IMG/VR virus record: IMGVR_UViG_3300042691_019380
Span: 28,856 to 92,855 of that record
Length of the DNA stretch: 64,000 bases
Direction: 5' to 3' (one strand)
From: a virus
In this document: piece by piece, positions 25,942 through 37,300 of the stretch
How positions within the stretch are numbered: the stretch's first letter is position 1
How the letters are laid out: each line of letters opens with the position of its first letter
Made by a program: the position numbers and the translations under genes
The notes under the pieces: model-generated
What the model was told of the DNA's origin: nothing
What the model saw: only the letters and a program-made list of their open reading frames with translations
The model's database searches: none

Positions 25942-28900
25942 GGCGTTTCGTCCCTGACGGCAAACGTGACCCCCCCGTAGCCGTCCAGTTCGTTCGACCA
26001 CTTCGGACGAATGACGCTGATCGCGGCCGTCGTGTCGCAGTTGCCACGGACCACGACGGTGGCATCGTCTGGCAGTTTCTTTAGGTTGGCTGGATGTCGA
26101 TCCATGTCCGGCCAAGACTCATCGACGGTCGCAGACACTATACGCCCGTCCGCGTAAAAGCACGTCAAGTCTTCGGCCTCTTCGGTATCGCCTGAGTTGT
26201 AAACCCAAGTCGGGCTGGGCGTCATCTCGCTAATCTCTTCCCACGTGTCTCGATCGCCTCCGAGCAATTCGGAGTACTCGGGCGTCGCGTTCTCGACACC
26301 GACGAGCCTCGCCTTCCAGCCGCTTGGTTCGCTGTGGCCGTACACCCCAGCCCAAGAGAAGTGCGGAAGAGCAAAGTCGGCGTAGTCTTTGTCTGTCTCG
26401 ACAAAAGACACAGTCGGCGGCGACGTGTAGCCGCTACCGCCCGACGTTACCGTGACTCCGACGACCCTTTTCCGGAATGAATAGAACGGGTCATCGCTGC
26501 TCATCACAGCCTCGGCCGTCGCGCCAGTGCCGCCGCCGCCGTGCAAGATCACGAGAGGCGGACTCGTGTAGCCTTCTCCAGACGAAGTGACCGAGACAGC
26601 CGTCACCGCTCCGTTGACGAGAGTGGCTGTAGCCGCCGCTGGCGTGATCTTCGGTCGACCGCCAGAGACGACGGTCCTGGCGAGCGAGCCGTATCCGGAG
26701 CCGCCAGAGCCGACGTTGACAGTCCCGGTCCCGCTGCCGTCGACGCTGACCGTCACGGACGCGCCGGTTCCGACGTCGCACTCGACTTGAACCGTCGGAG
26801 GAGATGCGAACTTGTATTGCATGCCGGAGTAGTACGGCTGCATGATGATTGCAGTCCTGTCTCCGTCTGTGATGTACGTGCCATAGTCCGGAAGCGGGCT
26901 GCTCAAGACTCCGTCGAGATAGGCAGATACAACTGAACCGCCCGACCAGAACTCGGCCACGGCGGGCCAGTTTCCGAAGAGCGGCCTGCGCAGACAGCCG
27001 AGAAGGCTTTGCGACTCATAGCCGGGAGACTCAAGCGTCTCGGCGTCGCTCATCGCCAAGACGCTCTCAAGATGCGACAGCGAGTGCGGCCACGTGTAAA
27101 TAGACTTCGCCTGCGGTGCGGCGTCACTTCTCCGAGCAATGGCGCATCGACGCAGTCTAGTCACCGCTCGCAACGCGCGAGTGTTCCAGAACGACACGAG
27201 CGGCTCTTGCGTCCAGTTGGTCGAAGTCAACACAGACGAAGGGGGCGATCCTTCTGGGTCGCTCATCGAAGAAATGGCCCCGCCCGGTCGCTCGGTGGTT
27301 GACGGCGTGGCTCGGCTGTGGGCTGTGGGGCTCGGATTCCACGACGGATGTTCGGAGACAAAAATCCACTGCCCGGCCAGAGTGGTGCCCACAGATTCCG
27401 GCCTTGGCGTGCCTCCGGAGGAGTGGACCCAGAAAGCGGTCGACATCATGTCGCCGTCTCGCCAGTACGGCAGGCCGCTGCGCCAGCCCCACCCTGTTGT
27501 GTATGATCCGTCTTGGCCGCCCAGCCACCGCGTCACAAAGGACGAAAGATTCAAATCTGTTGACACCTTGTATCCGTACTTCTCGCCGCCGTTTTCAACC
27601 GACAAAGTCACGCCGCCTTTGATTCTGGCCTGGGCGGACGCCTTGAACTGCGAGACAGAATCGTCGAACTCCGCTTGCGTGATCTCTGCGGCGGCGAGTT
27701 TCGCCTCAAGAGATGCGATGCGATCGTTGTCGCCGCCGGTGAACGTGACTTTTGGCGAAGAGCGATACCCCGAGCCTCCGTTGACTACCTTGCAGTAGAT
27801 CACAGAGCCGTTGATCTTGGACGTCGCCGTCGCGCCGCCGCCAGGGGCCGCCGTTGTTGCCGTTGCTGCTGCGCCAGTTCCGCCGCTGCCTTGGAAGAAA
27901 ACCTGCGGCGGCCTGTAGTAGCCAGAGCCGCGAGACGTCACAGTCACATCTCGAACCGGGCCAGCAATCGCAGCCACGGCTGCCGCTCCTCCCGCGTTGC
28001 CGCCACCTCCAGTGAAGACAACAGTCGGCGGCGACTGATACCCGCTGCCTGGACTGAGGACAGTGACTCCCGAGACTTGCCCCGTCGTTTCGTCGATGCC
28101 AGCGATCGCAGACGCACCGGAGCCGCCGCCGCCGGAGAACGAGACCGTCGGCGGAGACGTGTACCCGGAGCCGCCGCTGGCGATCGTTATGCCAGTGACC
28201 TTCCCGTCGATGCTGCACTTCGCAGAGCATCCCGATCCACTGCCGCCGACCACAAGCACGCGAGGCGGAGACGTGTACCCAGAGCCGCCAGCCGTAACAG
28301 CGATCGACTCGACGTCTGGGACTGGCTCGAAAGAGACAGTGGGCGAAGCGCGATACCGGCCGCCTTCTGAGACTCGCACAGACTGGACAGCGCCGTCTTT
28401 GATCGTAGACGTCGCCGTCGCCGAGATGCCCGGCTGCGAGAAGACGACCTTCGGCGGCACGCGATACCCAGACCCGCCGTTTGTGACTTGCACAGACTCG
28501 ACCGGACCGGCAATGACAGCCTCGATCTGGGCATCGCCTGGAACGCTTACGGTCGGCGGAGTTCTGTACCCGGAACCCTTCTGGACTACTCCGGCACTGA
28601 TTATCGAGCCGTTAAGGGTGGCCGTTGCTGTAGCGACGCCTTGCGCTTGGCTGCTGAACGATAAGACGGCTGGCTCTGTGTAGCCTTCTCCAGGGTTGTC
28701 GATCTTGAGTTCGACGTCGCCCTTGACGACCGGCGGGCCGGACTCCAAGTCTCCAAGCAGCCACAGGGACTGATCAGACTCCTTGACTCCCGAGTGTCCG
28801 CCGATTCCGAGTTGCGGAGACTGAAATGCGGCAGGGTATGGGTTTGCGGTTAGGCCCTTGCCTTCAGCGACCCCAACGGTTTGAAACAAACTGTCGCTCT

Positions 28901-31900
28901 CTCCAGAGACGTCAAAGAACAACCTCCCGTCCGTTGTTTCGCCAATGCGGTCTCTAGTGACCTTGCTCCACGCATCGTATTCGGAGACTTTTGCCGGGCC
29001 GAAACCGCCATGGAGGAGTTTCGGCGGCAACTTTTCGTAAGTCGCGTGAGACTTTCCAGAGAACTGCGGCCACGAGTCGACGAATCTATACCAAGAAAAG
29101 TACTCTCTCGCCTGGAGCGGGCCTTGCGCAATCGTCGCCGTAGCGGTCGCACCGCTTCCGCCTCCGCCGGAAATGGTGACGGTGGGCGCGCCGTCGAACC
29201 AGCCGCCCGCGTTCATCACCTGAATGCCAATAACTTGCCCGTTCTTGATTCGAGCGTAGGCAGTAGCCCCTCCAGGCGAGAACGAAACAGTCGGCGGAGA
29301 GGTGTACCCAGAGCCTCCGTTTGTGACTTGCACTCCAGTGACTTGCCCAGGGACTTGCACATGCGGAGGAATGACAGGCCAAGCAAGCGGGTCTACTGCG
29401 CCAGGGTAGCCGCCCACGGGGTAGATGAAGTAACGCGCGTCATACGCCGGGGCTAATTGGTTGACCTCAGCAGGGGCAACGACAGACCCGGCCCAAACGT
29501 CAAGACCAGGACTGTAGGAAGAGTAATAATCATCAGTGACAGTGCCCTGCGAGTGTATCGTGTCCTGATTTGCGACGCGATTCTCGCCGTTGACCAACGT
29601 CGTTGTTTCTGTTCTTTTAACTATGTACCACTTATAAACAAACGGGGACCATTCACCCTTGGCGTCGTGTGGGTTCCCGCTCTTGCCGTCTTCAAGGCGA
29701 TAGCGAATGGGCGACATATTATCACCATAAATATGTGGCGACCCGTTCCATCCATCATGCTCCGCCGCTTGCTGCACAGACTGAGCAGGCGGGTGCGTGC
29801 TGGACTCGTAAAGAAACAGCCTGTCTTTCGGCTGGAATCCGTCGCCGTGAAAAGCAGCCTGCGAGTTGAGTCTCCACAAAACACCAGACGTGTCGATTGC
29901 GAGAGCGATTGACCCTGCCGCCACAACTGACTGGCACGCATCAGGGCCGTCGAGGTGTGCGGTGAGCGTGTATCCGGCGCCGCCTGCGGGGAAGAGTTCT
30001 GGAACTTCGGTGTAGCCGTGCCCTGCCGACATGGTGATGTAAATAGGGCCTTCGTACTTGGCAGGGGTGGGAGGGAGTACCACACCTCCTGACGGGCCGC
30101 TTTCGTCAGAAGACGCCCAGCCGGACAGGTACGGAGTCTTCTCTTGCCTGAACGAGTTTCCGACAGACGCAGGAATGCCGCCCTCGTTCGACGGTGGCTC
30201 GACCCAGACACCAAACACAGGGCCAACCTCATCTGACGTCGCCTCTGCCGTGACATATGCTCTCTTGCCAACTCTCGTTGGTCTCTTGATGACTTCTTGA
30301 TACTTATCGAAAGGCCACTGAAAAGACCTGGGCCATTCAAACAGCCCCGGTATCACGCCCCACCAGTACGGCAGATCACTGCTGTCGGTCGCGAGAGAGT
30401 AGTTCAATCCAGCAGACACAGTCTTCCAAGTGCGGCCAAGGCCAACTTGAATCGGCCTGCGGAACACGTTTCTGTGGTCATAAGAACTACCAACGCCGTC
30501 GATCTCGACGATCGGCTCAGTTGCGTAGAAGTCTCCGCTGTTTGTCAGCGTCGCGGAGTCGATCCACCCAGACGCTGTCGAGACTGTTCCAGACGCGCCG
30601 CTTCCTGTTTCGGACAAGAACTCAAGGTTCCAGACTGGCGGCGGAGAAGGTGGGCCGTCAAACGGGGCTCGCCCCGCTATAAGCCCGCCGGGCATGTTGC
30701 CTCTTATGACAAACGGAGCCGACTCCCAGCCGAGCGAGTCTTGCGTCAGCGGGAGAGGCTCTTGCCTGTCGCCGAGAACGATGTAGGTGGGATTGTAGTC
30801 GATCATCCACTGGCCCATCGGCACGCGGCCAGTGCCCTGCGGGGCAAACGGCGCGGGCTCGGGCGGCGGCTTAGGTTTCCAGTCGTCGCTGACCACAAGC
30901 GACTGAACTGGCCCTGGAGAGATGCTGCAAATGAAACTTGCGTCTGGTCCCTGAAACTCATCTTCAGGATCGCGAGTGAATTGCACGAACGGGGCTCGCC
31001 TGAGAAAGCCAGCCTCGCTGCGGGTGTATCCGTCTCCGGGCACCGTAATCGTAACCGCCTCGACGACTCCTTCGGCCTTCGCGGTTGCTGCGGCTCCTGT
31101 TCCGCCTCCGCCTGAAAAAACGACCACAGGACGCTCTCGGTAGCCGTTTCCCTGCTGGTTCCAGGGAGCATTAGCGCCGATCGCCACGACCGATCCGTCT
31201 CCGTACTTTGCAACGGCAGTTGCGCCAGAGCCTGGGCCGGAAAACGAAACAGGAAAGTCCACCCCAGAGCCACCCTGCACGTACGAGCCTGTTGGCTGGA
31301 CTGATACTCTGAGAACATGATTGAGCCGCAGCACGGCCTGAGCCGTCGCACCAGAGCCGCCGCCGCCAGAGAAGCCAATTGCGACCGCTTCGGCGTCGAC
31401 CTTCAAGTCCGGAGCAACGTCTACTCGCACGACAGCACCGTTTTGGACGACTGCCGACAGGCTGGCCGATGGCTGGCCGTCGATGGTCACCGTCGGCGGA
31501 GACGAGTATCCGCTGCCAGGGGCCGTGACGTTAATGCTCTCGACTATGCAGCCCATCTTGGACACGGTCGCCGTGGCTGTTGGGCCTACAGAAGTCACGG
31601 ACGGGCGGGACGTGTACCCAGAGCCGCCGTTGGTGACTCTAATCTCAACGACCCTGAATCTGGCGACGGGAGTCAGAGTGACTTTGCCAGCCCCAATCGA
31701 CTCGACGGAAACCATCCTGGCGTCCGCGTAAGCACCAAGGCCGCCGCTGTTTGGCGCAAAGGACACCGCCGGAGGCTCCTTGTAGCCTGCCCCTCCAGAA
31801 GTGACTGTAATCTCCTGAATGCCGTCGCCTTCGATCGTGACTGTCGCCGATGCTCCGGTCCCGACTACAGAGTTAAACGTCACAGGATACCGACCAGGGA

Positions 31901-32954
31901 GCAGATCGCCGAGAAGAGATGAACTGAGCGCCGCCCCGGTAACGACGCCGTTGGTTACGGTTGCAGTTCCGATAACTTTTGTTCTACCGGCAAGTGTGAC
32001 GATCTCGATGGACGGCGGCACAACGTAATTTCCGCCGCCACTTGCGACCTGAATGGACTTGGCCTTGCACCACATCTTTGACACGGAAGCGGACGCCGGT
32101 GAGTCAGACTGCCCCGCGAACGAAACGACAGGTGGAGTTTTGTATCCAGACCCTTGGCTCGCAATCTGCACTCGCGATACAGAAAGGTTCCTCTCGGATA
32201 GTGGCAGCGAACTGCCGTCCTGCTCCAGCGTGGCCGTCGGAACAGACGTGTACCCACTTCCTCCGTTAGTTAACTCCACCGAAGTGACTGTGTAGTCCAT
32301 CGCGGCCACTTCAGCCTGGGCCGGAGTGACCGAGGCACTGGAGTCCACAACCCAATCGCTGCCGATCGAGTCTTTTTTCATCTGCACGACTTGTGCGGTC
32401 GGCCTTTTGGAATACTTGCCGGACTGCTGGAGGGCTGCCGACGCGATCGGCCTCGAAAGAACCGCCCGGACAACCTCGTCGGCGTGGCTCGGTGCCTGAT
32501 TGCGAAGATACGAAAGATGAGTGCCGATCGCGTAGCCGTTCGGCCACCACACAGTGCGATCCCCGTTCGACCCCCACGCCCAAAGTGTGCCGTCCTCGCG
32601 AACCGCCAGCGTGTGCGATCCAGATGCAGAAACGTCTATCCATTTGTGGCCGACGCCGATCTGGACTGGGTGGGAATAGTTCTCGGCGACGCCGTCGCCC
32701 GGAGGGGCATGCGTTCCCCACCCCCACAGAGTCCCGTCAGAGCGTATCCCGTACCCACGCCCCCCTCCAGAGCAGACCTTGATCCAGTCCGACTGCTTGT
32801 CGATGGTCGGCGGCTCTGTGCCCGGCAGTGGCATGTCGGACTTGTAGCCCGAGGCCTCGCCAAGACCCAACTGGCCGGTGTGACCATAACCCCAGCCGTA
32901 TATCTTCGGAATGCAGCAGATGAGTTTCCGAAAGCACTCGAAACCAAAGTTCAT
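25938..32954 (-). CDS. Large tail/receptor-binding protein with RCC1-like repeats and many G(G)SGYxxxPxV repeats
   Basis: WG.G..GQLG, DGTLWGWG and DGTLWAWG RCC1 motifs; ~20 Gly-rich repeats; downstream of the tape measure. Confidence 0.8.
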   Translation of the reverse strand: MNFGFECFRKLICCIPKIYGWGYGHTGQLGLGEASGYKSDMPLPGTEPPTIDKQSDWIKVCSGGGRGYGIRSDGTLWGWGTHAPPGDGVAENYSHPVQIGVGHKWIDVSASGSHTLAVREDGTLWAWGSNGDRTVWWPNGYAIGTHLSYLRNQAPSHADEVVRAVLSRPIASAALQQSGKYSKRPTAQVVQMKKDSIGSDWVVDSSASVTPAQAEVAAMDYTVTSVELTNGGSGYTSVPTATLEQDGSSLPLSERNLSVSRVQIASQGSGYKTPPVVSFAGQSDSPASASVSKMWCKAKSIQVASGGGNYVVPPSIEIVTLAGRTKVIGTATVTNGVVTGAALSSSLLGDLLPGRYPVTFNSVVGTGASATVTIEGDGIQEITVTSGGAGYKEPPAVSFAPNSGGLGAYADARMVSVESIGAGKVTLTPVARFRVVEIRVTNGGSGYTSRPSVTSVGPTATATVSKMGCIVESINVTAPGSGYSSPPTVTIDGQPSASLSAVVQNGAVVRVDVAPDLKVDAEAVAIGFSGGGGSGATAQAVLRLNHVLRVSVQPTGSYVQGGSGVDFPVSFSGPGSGATAVAKYGDGSVVAIGANAPWNQQGNGYRERPVVVFSGGGGTGAAATAKAEGVVEAVTITVPGDGYTRSEAGFLRRAPFVQFTRDPEDEFQGPDASFICSISPGPVQSLVVSDDWKPKPPPEPAPFAPQGTGRVPMGQWMIDYNPTYIVLGDRQEPLPLTQDSLGWESAPFVIRGNMPGGLIAGRAPFDGPPSPPPVWNLEFLSETGSGASGTVSTASGWIDSATLTNSGDFYATEPIVEIDGVGSSYDHRNVFRRPIQVGLGRTWKTVSAGLNYSLATDSSDLPYWWGVIPGLFEWPRSFQWPFDKYQEVIKRPTRVGKRAYVTAEATSDEVGPVFGVWVEPPSNEGGIPASVGNSFRQEKTPYLSGWASSDESGPSGGVVLPPTPAKYEGPIYITMSAGHGYTEVPELFPAGGAGYTLTAHLDGPDACQSVVAAGSIALAIDTSGVLWRLNSQAAFHGDGFQPKDRLFLYESSTHPPAQSVQQAAEHDGWNGSPHIYGDNMSPIRYRLEDGKSGNPHDAKGEWSPFVYKWYIVKRTETTTLVNGENRVANQDTIHSQGTVTDDYYSSYSPGLDVWAGSVVAPAEVNQLAPAYDARYFIYPVGGYPGAVDPLAWPVIPPHVQVPGQVTGVQVTNGGSGYTSPPTVSFSPGGATAYARIKNGQVIGIQVMNAGGWFDGAPTVTISGGGGSGATATATIAQGPLQAREYFSWYRFVDSWPQFSGKSHATYEKLPPKLLHGGFGPAKVSEYDAWSKVTRDRIGETTDGRLFFDVSGESDSLFQTVGVAEGKGLTANPYPAAFQSPQLGIGGHSGVKESDQSLWLLGDLESGPPVVKGDVELKIDNPGEGYTEPAVLSFSSQAQGVATATATLNGSIISAGVVQKGSGYRTPPTVSVPGDAQIEAVIAGPVESVQVTNGGSGYRVPPKVVFSQPGISATATSTIKDGAVQSVRVSEGGRYRASPTVSFEPVPDVESIAVTAGGSGYTSPPRVLVVGGSGSGCSAKCSIDGKVTGITIASGGSGYTSPPTVSFSGGGGSGASAIAGIDETTGQVSGVTVLSPGSGYQSPPTVVFTGGGGNAGGAAAVAAIAGPVRDVTVTSRGSGYYRPPQVFFQGSGGTGAAATATTAAPGGGATATSKINGSVIYCKVVNGGSGYRSSPKVTFTGGDNDRIASLEAKLAAAEITQAEFDDSVSQFKASAQARIKGGVTLSVENGGEKYGYKVSTDLNLSSFVTRWLGGQDGSYTTGWGWRSGLPYWRDGDMMSTAFWVHSSGGTPRPESVGTTLAGQWIFVSEHPSWNPSPTAHSRATPSTTERPGGAISSMSDPEGSPPSSVLTSTNWTQEPLVSFWNTRALRAVTRLRRCAIARRSDAAPQAKSIYTWPHSLSHLESVLAMSDAETLESPGYESQSLLGCLRRPLFGNWPAVAEFWSGGSVVSAYLDGVLSSPLPDYGTYITDGDRTAIIMQPYYSGMQYKFASPPTVQVECDVGTGASVTVSVDGSGTGTVNVGSGGSGYGSLARTVVSGGRPKITPAAATATLVNGAVTAVSVTSSGEGYTSPPLVILHGGGGTGATAEAVMSSDDPFYSFRKRVVGVTVTSGGSGYTSPPTVSFVETDKDYADFALPHFSWAGVYGHSEPSGWKARLVGVENATPEYSELLGGDRDTWEEISEMTPSPTWVYNSGDTEEAEDLTCFYADGRIVSATVDESWPDMDRHPANLKKLPDDATVVVRGNCDTTAAISVIRPKWSNELDGYGGVTFAVRDETP

Positions 32955-32956
32955 TA

Positions 32957-33334
32957 CTAGCACTCAGCGGCAATGAGAATCCAAGTCGTGCCCTCCATCG
33001 CAAGCCCACAGCGACGAGAGCCGCCCCCCGGCGGCGCGGCGATGTTCGAGAAGATGTTGCTGGCGACCGCCGTGGCGGCCGTGTCCGCGATGAACGTGAC
33101 GGTCTTTAGGGTGTCTTTGCTCCAAGCGCCAGTGAAGCGAGCCGTCGCGAACGCGCCGCCGCCGCCGCCGCCGCCGACAGCCCGTGGCAAGACGCTCGGA
33201 TTGCTTCCGCGACGTGCCGTCTCGTGAGCATGAACAGCGCTCGCGATTCGCTGCGCGTCTTTGTGGCGAAACTGAACGACTTGCTCGGTCTTGTTCGCCG
33301 GGGGCTTTTTCTTGAACTGGCTAATATTGAGCAT
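32957..33334 (-). CDS. Putative tail protein
   Basis: Position; DA.RIA.AV...E; ends WILIAAEC. Confidence 0.6.
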   Translation of the reverse strand: MLNISQFKKKPPANKTEQVVQFRHKDAQRIASAVHAHETARRGSNPSVLPRAVGGGGGGGAFATARFTGAWSKDTLKTVTFIADTAATAVASNIFSNIAAPPGGGSRRCGLAMEGTTWILIAAEC

Positions 33335-33335
33335 G

Positions 33336-34316
33336 TCAGGTCACTGCAATCGCCGGTGTGTTGTACGGCCAACCCGCGAAGAGGTCGCTTGGTATTTGGT
33401 GAAAAGTCCCCACAAACGGCAGCGTCCTGTAGATGCGAAACGTCAGCATGTCAGGGGGGAGGCCGGGAGTCTTCGCTGTGCCGTTAGAGTTGAGGGCGGC
33501 TGGCTCGCTGACTGGCTCACTGCCAGCGAGAATCTTCACTCGCTTACCGCCCTTGATTTCGTTAAACCCGACATTCCAAGTCTGCAAGTCCCAACCCGTG
33601 TTCCTGTAGGCAATCGAGACAGAAGTCTCGTAGTACACGACTCTGACTGGCGGGTCGGTGCTAGGGTTCACGCCAGGGATGGTCTCGATCTTGCGGTTCG
33701 CCGCGATGCTCTGACACTTCCAAGTCTTGGGCAGGCCTCCGCTCCACGTGTCTGAATTAATAGCCCCGACGTACAATTGCGCTTTGGCATAACCAAACGG
33801 CGGCTTTTGATTATACGAGATCGTGACGTTGAACTCGCCCTCGTCGCGGTCAAGTCCAGACAGCGGGTCTTTGGCAGTGTTGACGATGATCTGCTTGGTC
33901 TCGTTGTCTCCTGCGTTGGGGTAGTGCCAGAAGCATGGAGCCGAAGCCAGCGAGCCAGAGAACGAGAACTGAGGCGGACGTTGCCACGGAATCTTCTCGG
34001 ACTCGTCGAGATACCTGTACTGGTATGTGACCTTGTAATGAAACGCCGAGTCGCCTTCTTGCTGCGTGTTGGACTCGACGAGGTACGCATTGGCGTCGTC
34101 CGGGTAGACGTCCCGCCAGTTGATGCCAGGGGCAGATGCGACCTGCGCCAGGTCTGGATTAACCGTCTTGACGCGGACGAGAAAGATTCGCGTGTATGTC
34201 GGATTCCCATCGATGCTCGCCTGTCGAGACTTGCCGCGAAAGAGTTCGCGGCAGTCTGTCACGTCAGTGAGCAGCGGGTTTGACCACGGCGGGCCGAGTG
34301 AGTTTGGCTCTGGCAT
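33336..34316 (-). CDS. Putative tail-tip/hub protein
   Basis: Directly after the tape measure. Confidence 0.6.
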   Translation of the reverse strand: MPEPNSLGPPWSNPLLTDVTDCRELFRGKSRQASIDGNPTYTRIFLVRVKTVNPDLAQVASAPGINWRDVYPDDANAYLVESNTQQEGDSAFHYKVTYQYRYLDESEKIPWQRPPQFSFSGSLASAPCFWHYPNAGDNETKQIIVNTAKDPLSGLDRDEGEFNVTISYNQKPPFGYAKAQLYVGAINSDTWSGGLPKTWKCQSIAANRKIETIPGVNPSTDPPVRVVYYETSVSIAYRNTGWDLQTWNVGFNEIKGGKRVKILAGSEPVSEPAALNSNGTAKTPGLPPDMLTFRIYRTLPFVGTFHQIPSDLFAGWPYNTPAIAVT

Positions 34317-34331
34317 GAAAGCGTATCCGTA

Positions 34332-37300
34332 CTACCGTGCTGAAAGTTGAGCAATGACTTCGGCGGCCTCCGGCTGGGCGGCGGCCTGAGCGAGGAACTT
34401 CGTGGCCTGGGCCGTTTCGAGTTGGGCCTTGAGGCCAGGATTGTCCTGGCCTCGCAAGATGCGGAAGAACGTGTCCACGCCAGCCTTGCTGCGAGTGTCG
34501 GCCGACTCAATCGCCCGGCGGTCGGGGGCGACGCGGTCGAGGGCGGGCTTGAGGTCTTCTTGGAGTTGGGCTTGGAGGCTGAACTTTCGGTCGGCGAACT
34601 CCTTGTCGTCGATGGCCCCCGACCCCCGCATGTATTCCAGTTCCTTTAAGCCCTCCTTGAAGGCCTGGACGGGGCTTTCCGGCTCGGCGCCGGGCCCTTG
34701 TTTGCGGAGATTCTTCATCGCCGAGTCGAACGCCTCTTGGTTCTTCTCGCCGGTTTTTCCGAACGCCTCCTCGATCTCCCGCCTTCTCTCAGCAAACCGC
34801 CCGGCCCGAGTGTTCGCCGTGTCGGCCCCAAGGGCCTCCTCTCTCTTGCGGGCAGCAGCGACTCGGGCTTGCGTGGCCTCTTCCGCAGTGATCCTCTTGC
34901 TCGGGTCGGTCGCGTTCTCTGCCTCATCGATCTTCTTGATCTGCTCCTCGTAGGCCTGCTGCGCCGTCTTCTCGATTCCGAGAGACTGAAGAAGATTGTC
35001 GCGAGACTGCTTGACGGCACGGTCGAAGAGTTCGAGGTCTTGCTTGTTCCCCTGAAGTGCTGCGCGAACCTCGTCGATCGACTTGCCGGACATGCCGAAC
35101 TTGGCGGCAACGTTGTCGAGTTCGCCAGAGAACTGCTCGAAGGGAGTCTTCGTCACGCCGATTGCCGACATGAAAGAATCCGAAATTGCCCGATTGGCCT
35201 CTGCGGCTTCTTCAGCAGACAGATTGAGTCCTTCGAGTTTGCGCATAGCCTCTTCGCGGACTTGCGTGGCGCTTTTCTCGACGCCTACAGACTGAAGCAC
35301 GGCGTCGCGACTCTTCTTGATCGCCTCTTGGTATTCGGCGAACTTCTCTGGCCCGAGTTTCTTCTGAATCTCGGCGAGAGACAAACCAGCGACGTCGAAC
35401 ACGTCATTGATGTTGTCGACTCCGGCCTTGAGTTGCTGGACAGGAGTCGCATCGAGGCCTGCGGCCTTGCGACGCTCGATGTCGAGTTTTGTTCTTTCGG
35501 CAGAGGCTCTGGCGTCCCCGGCAGCGAAAGACCCCTCGGACGACGTGAATGCTGTTCGCCCGTACTGATCGGCGGCTGTAGACTTCGCAAACATCGCTTC
35601 CTTTTCGCGAAGCGACTGACCAGCGGACTTGCCGAAAGTCCCCTCCACCATCTGTTTCTGTTCCGCAATAGTGGCGAGGGATTTTTCTTGAGCCGTCAGA
35701 GACTTGTTCTTCTGAATGTCCTCCAGTCGCTTCTCGTATTTCTGCAATGGAGTCAGGAATGCGTCTTCCAGTGCCTTGCGGATGTCGCTTGCGAACGAGA
35801 CATCGGCATTAACCTTGCCCATGTTGCGATCAAACTTGGCTTTCGCTTCTTCCCTCGCCTGCTGCGCTGCCCGCATAGCGGACTGCCCGTTGCCAAAGCC
35901 GCCGCTCTGGAGTTTTTCCTCGATGGCTATAAGTTCGTCCTGATACGACATTGCGAAGTCGCTTGCGGCCTTCTTGATCTCGGACGAGGCCGGGAAGAAC
36001 TTGTCTGAGTCCAGGTCGCTCCCAAGATCAACGCCTCGCATCACGCCGCGAACTTGCGAGAACGCTTCCTGCACGGTCTTCCGCATGTCTTCGGCGGACT
36101 GCTGGAACTGTTCACTGGAAATCGTGTCGGCAAGGTTCAGGTTCTCGCGAAGCCTGCCTTTGATCTCTTTGGACCTTCTCTCGAACGCCTCAAGAGCGGT
36201 CTCTTGCCTCTTGACGCCCTTCTCGTCAGTGATGATCTTCAGTTCAAGCGTCTTGTCGGCGAGTTGCTGCTGCAACTTGTCGAAGTCAGCCCTGGCGGCG
36301 GCGAACGCCTTGCGGCCCGCTTCTCCGAAGTTGGCTGCATTCAGCGAGAGGCCGATCATTTCACCGCGAGCGCGAGACACTGACGCAGAGAGCGCCTTGT
36401 AGTCTTCTGTGGGCAGTTCGGGCTTCTTGCCCGTAAAGCCAGAGACCGACGCTTCCGCCTGAAACTGCGCCATGTCTTGCCGCTGGCGAGACGCCACGAC
36501 GTCGCCAACCGATGCGCGGGCTGCGTCGATTTTCTCGGGCGTCTTTATGCCGTTAATCGCCCTAATGATGCCGCCGATAATGCCGCCGAAGAAGCCTCCG
36601 ACCCATCCGGCGACAGACAAGAATGCGTTCCTGATCGCGGTCGCAACGGCGTCCGCTGCTTCGGCGAGGCCCTCAAGGGTAAAGAGCCTGCCGATATTGT
36701 TTCCGAAGTCTGCAAAAAAGTCATAGAGCGAATCAAAGTTCTGTATCACCGCCACGATCGCAACAGCGACGGCCGCAAGGCCAAGAGTGCCAATGACCCA
36801 CGCAGCCGCCATGGCATATCCTGCCGCCGTCGAGGCGACAGCGATGGCAGAGTTTCCGCTCACGATTGCAGCCACGGACGTCATAAACGGCGTTAGCAGC
36901 CCCGCGAGCGTCGAAGTCCCCATAAGGATTACGCTCGCCACCCACTTAGACGACGCAGCGACGATGTCCACGGTCAGCATGCGAACCAACTTTAATATGC
37001 CGCCAAAAATCGTGGCGAAGTTAACCTTCAGTAGTCCGGCGGCAAACTTGGCAAACGCGGCACTTGCGCTTATTCCAAACGACTGCATGACGGCGGACCC
37101 GACTCCGGCCGACAAAATCACTGCCGCGAATGTCTTGGCTGCAAACGTCAGCCGCTCCAACACGCTCGCTGACTCGTCGACTGCCGGATTAAGTTGAGCA
37201 GAAAACGCGGCGGCTGCGTTCTGCGCGAAATCGACGGCCTGCTCGACGTATGCGAGCGCATCCTTGATGACGCTCCCCAGGGCAGACCACGCCGGTGCGA

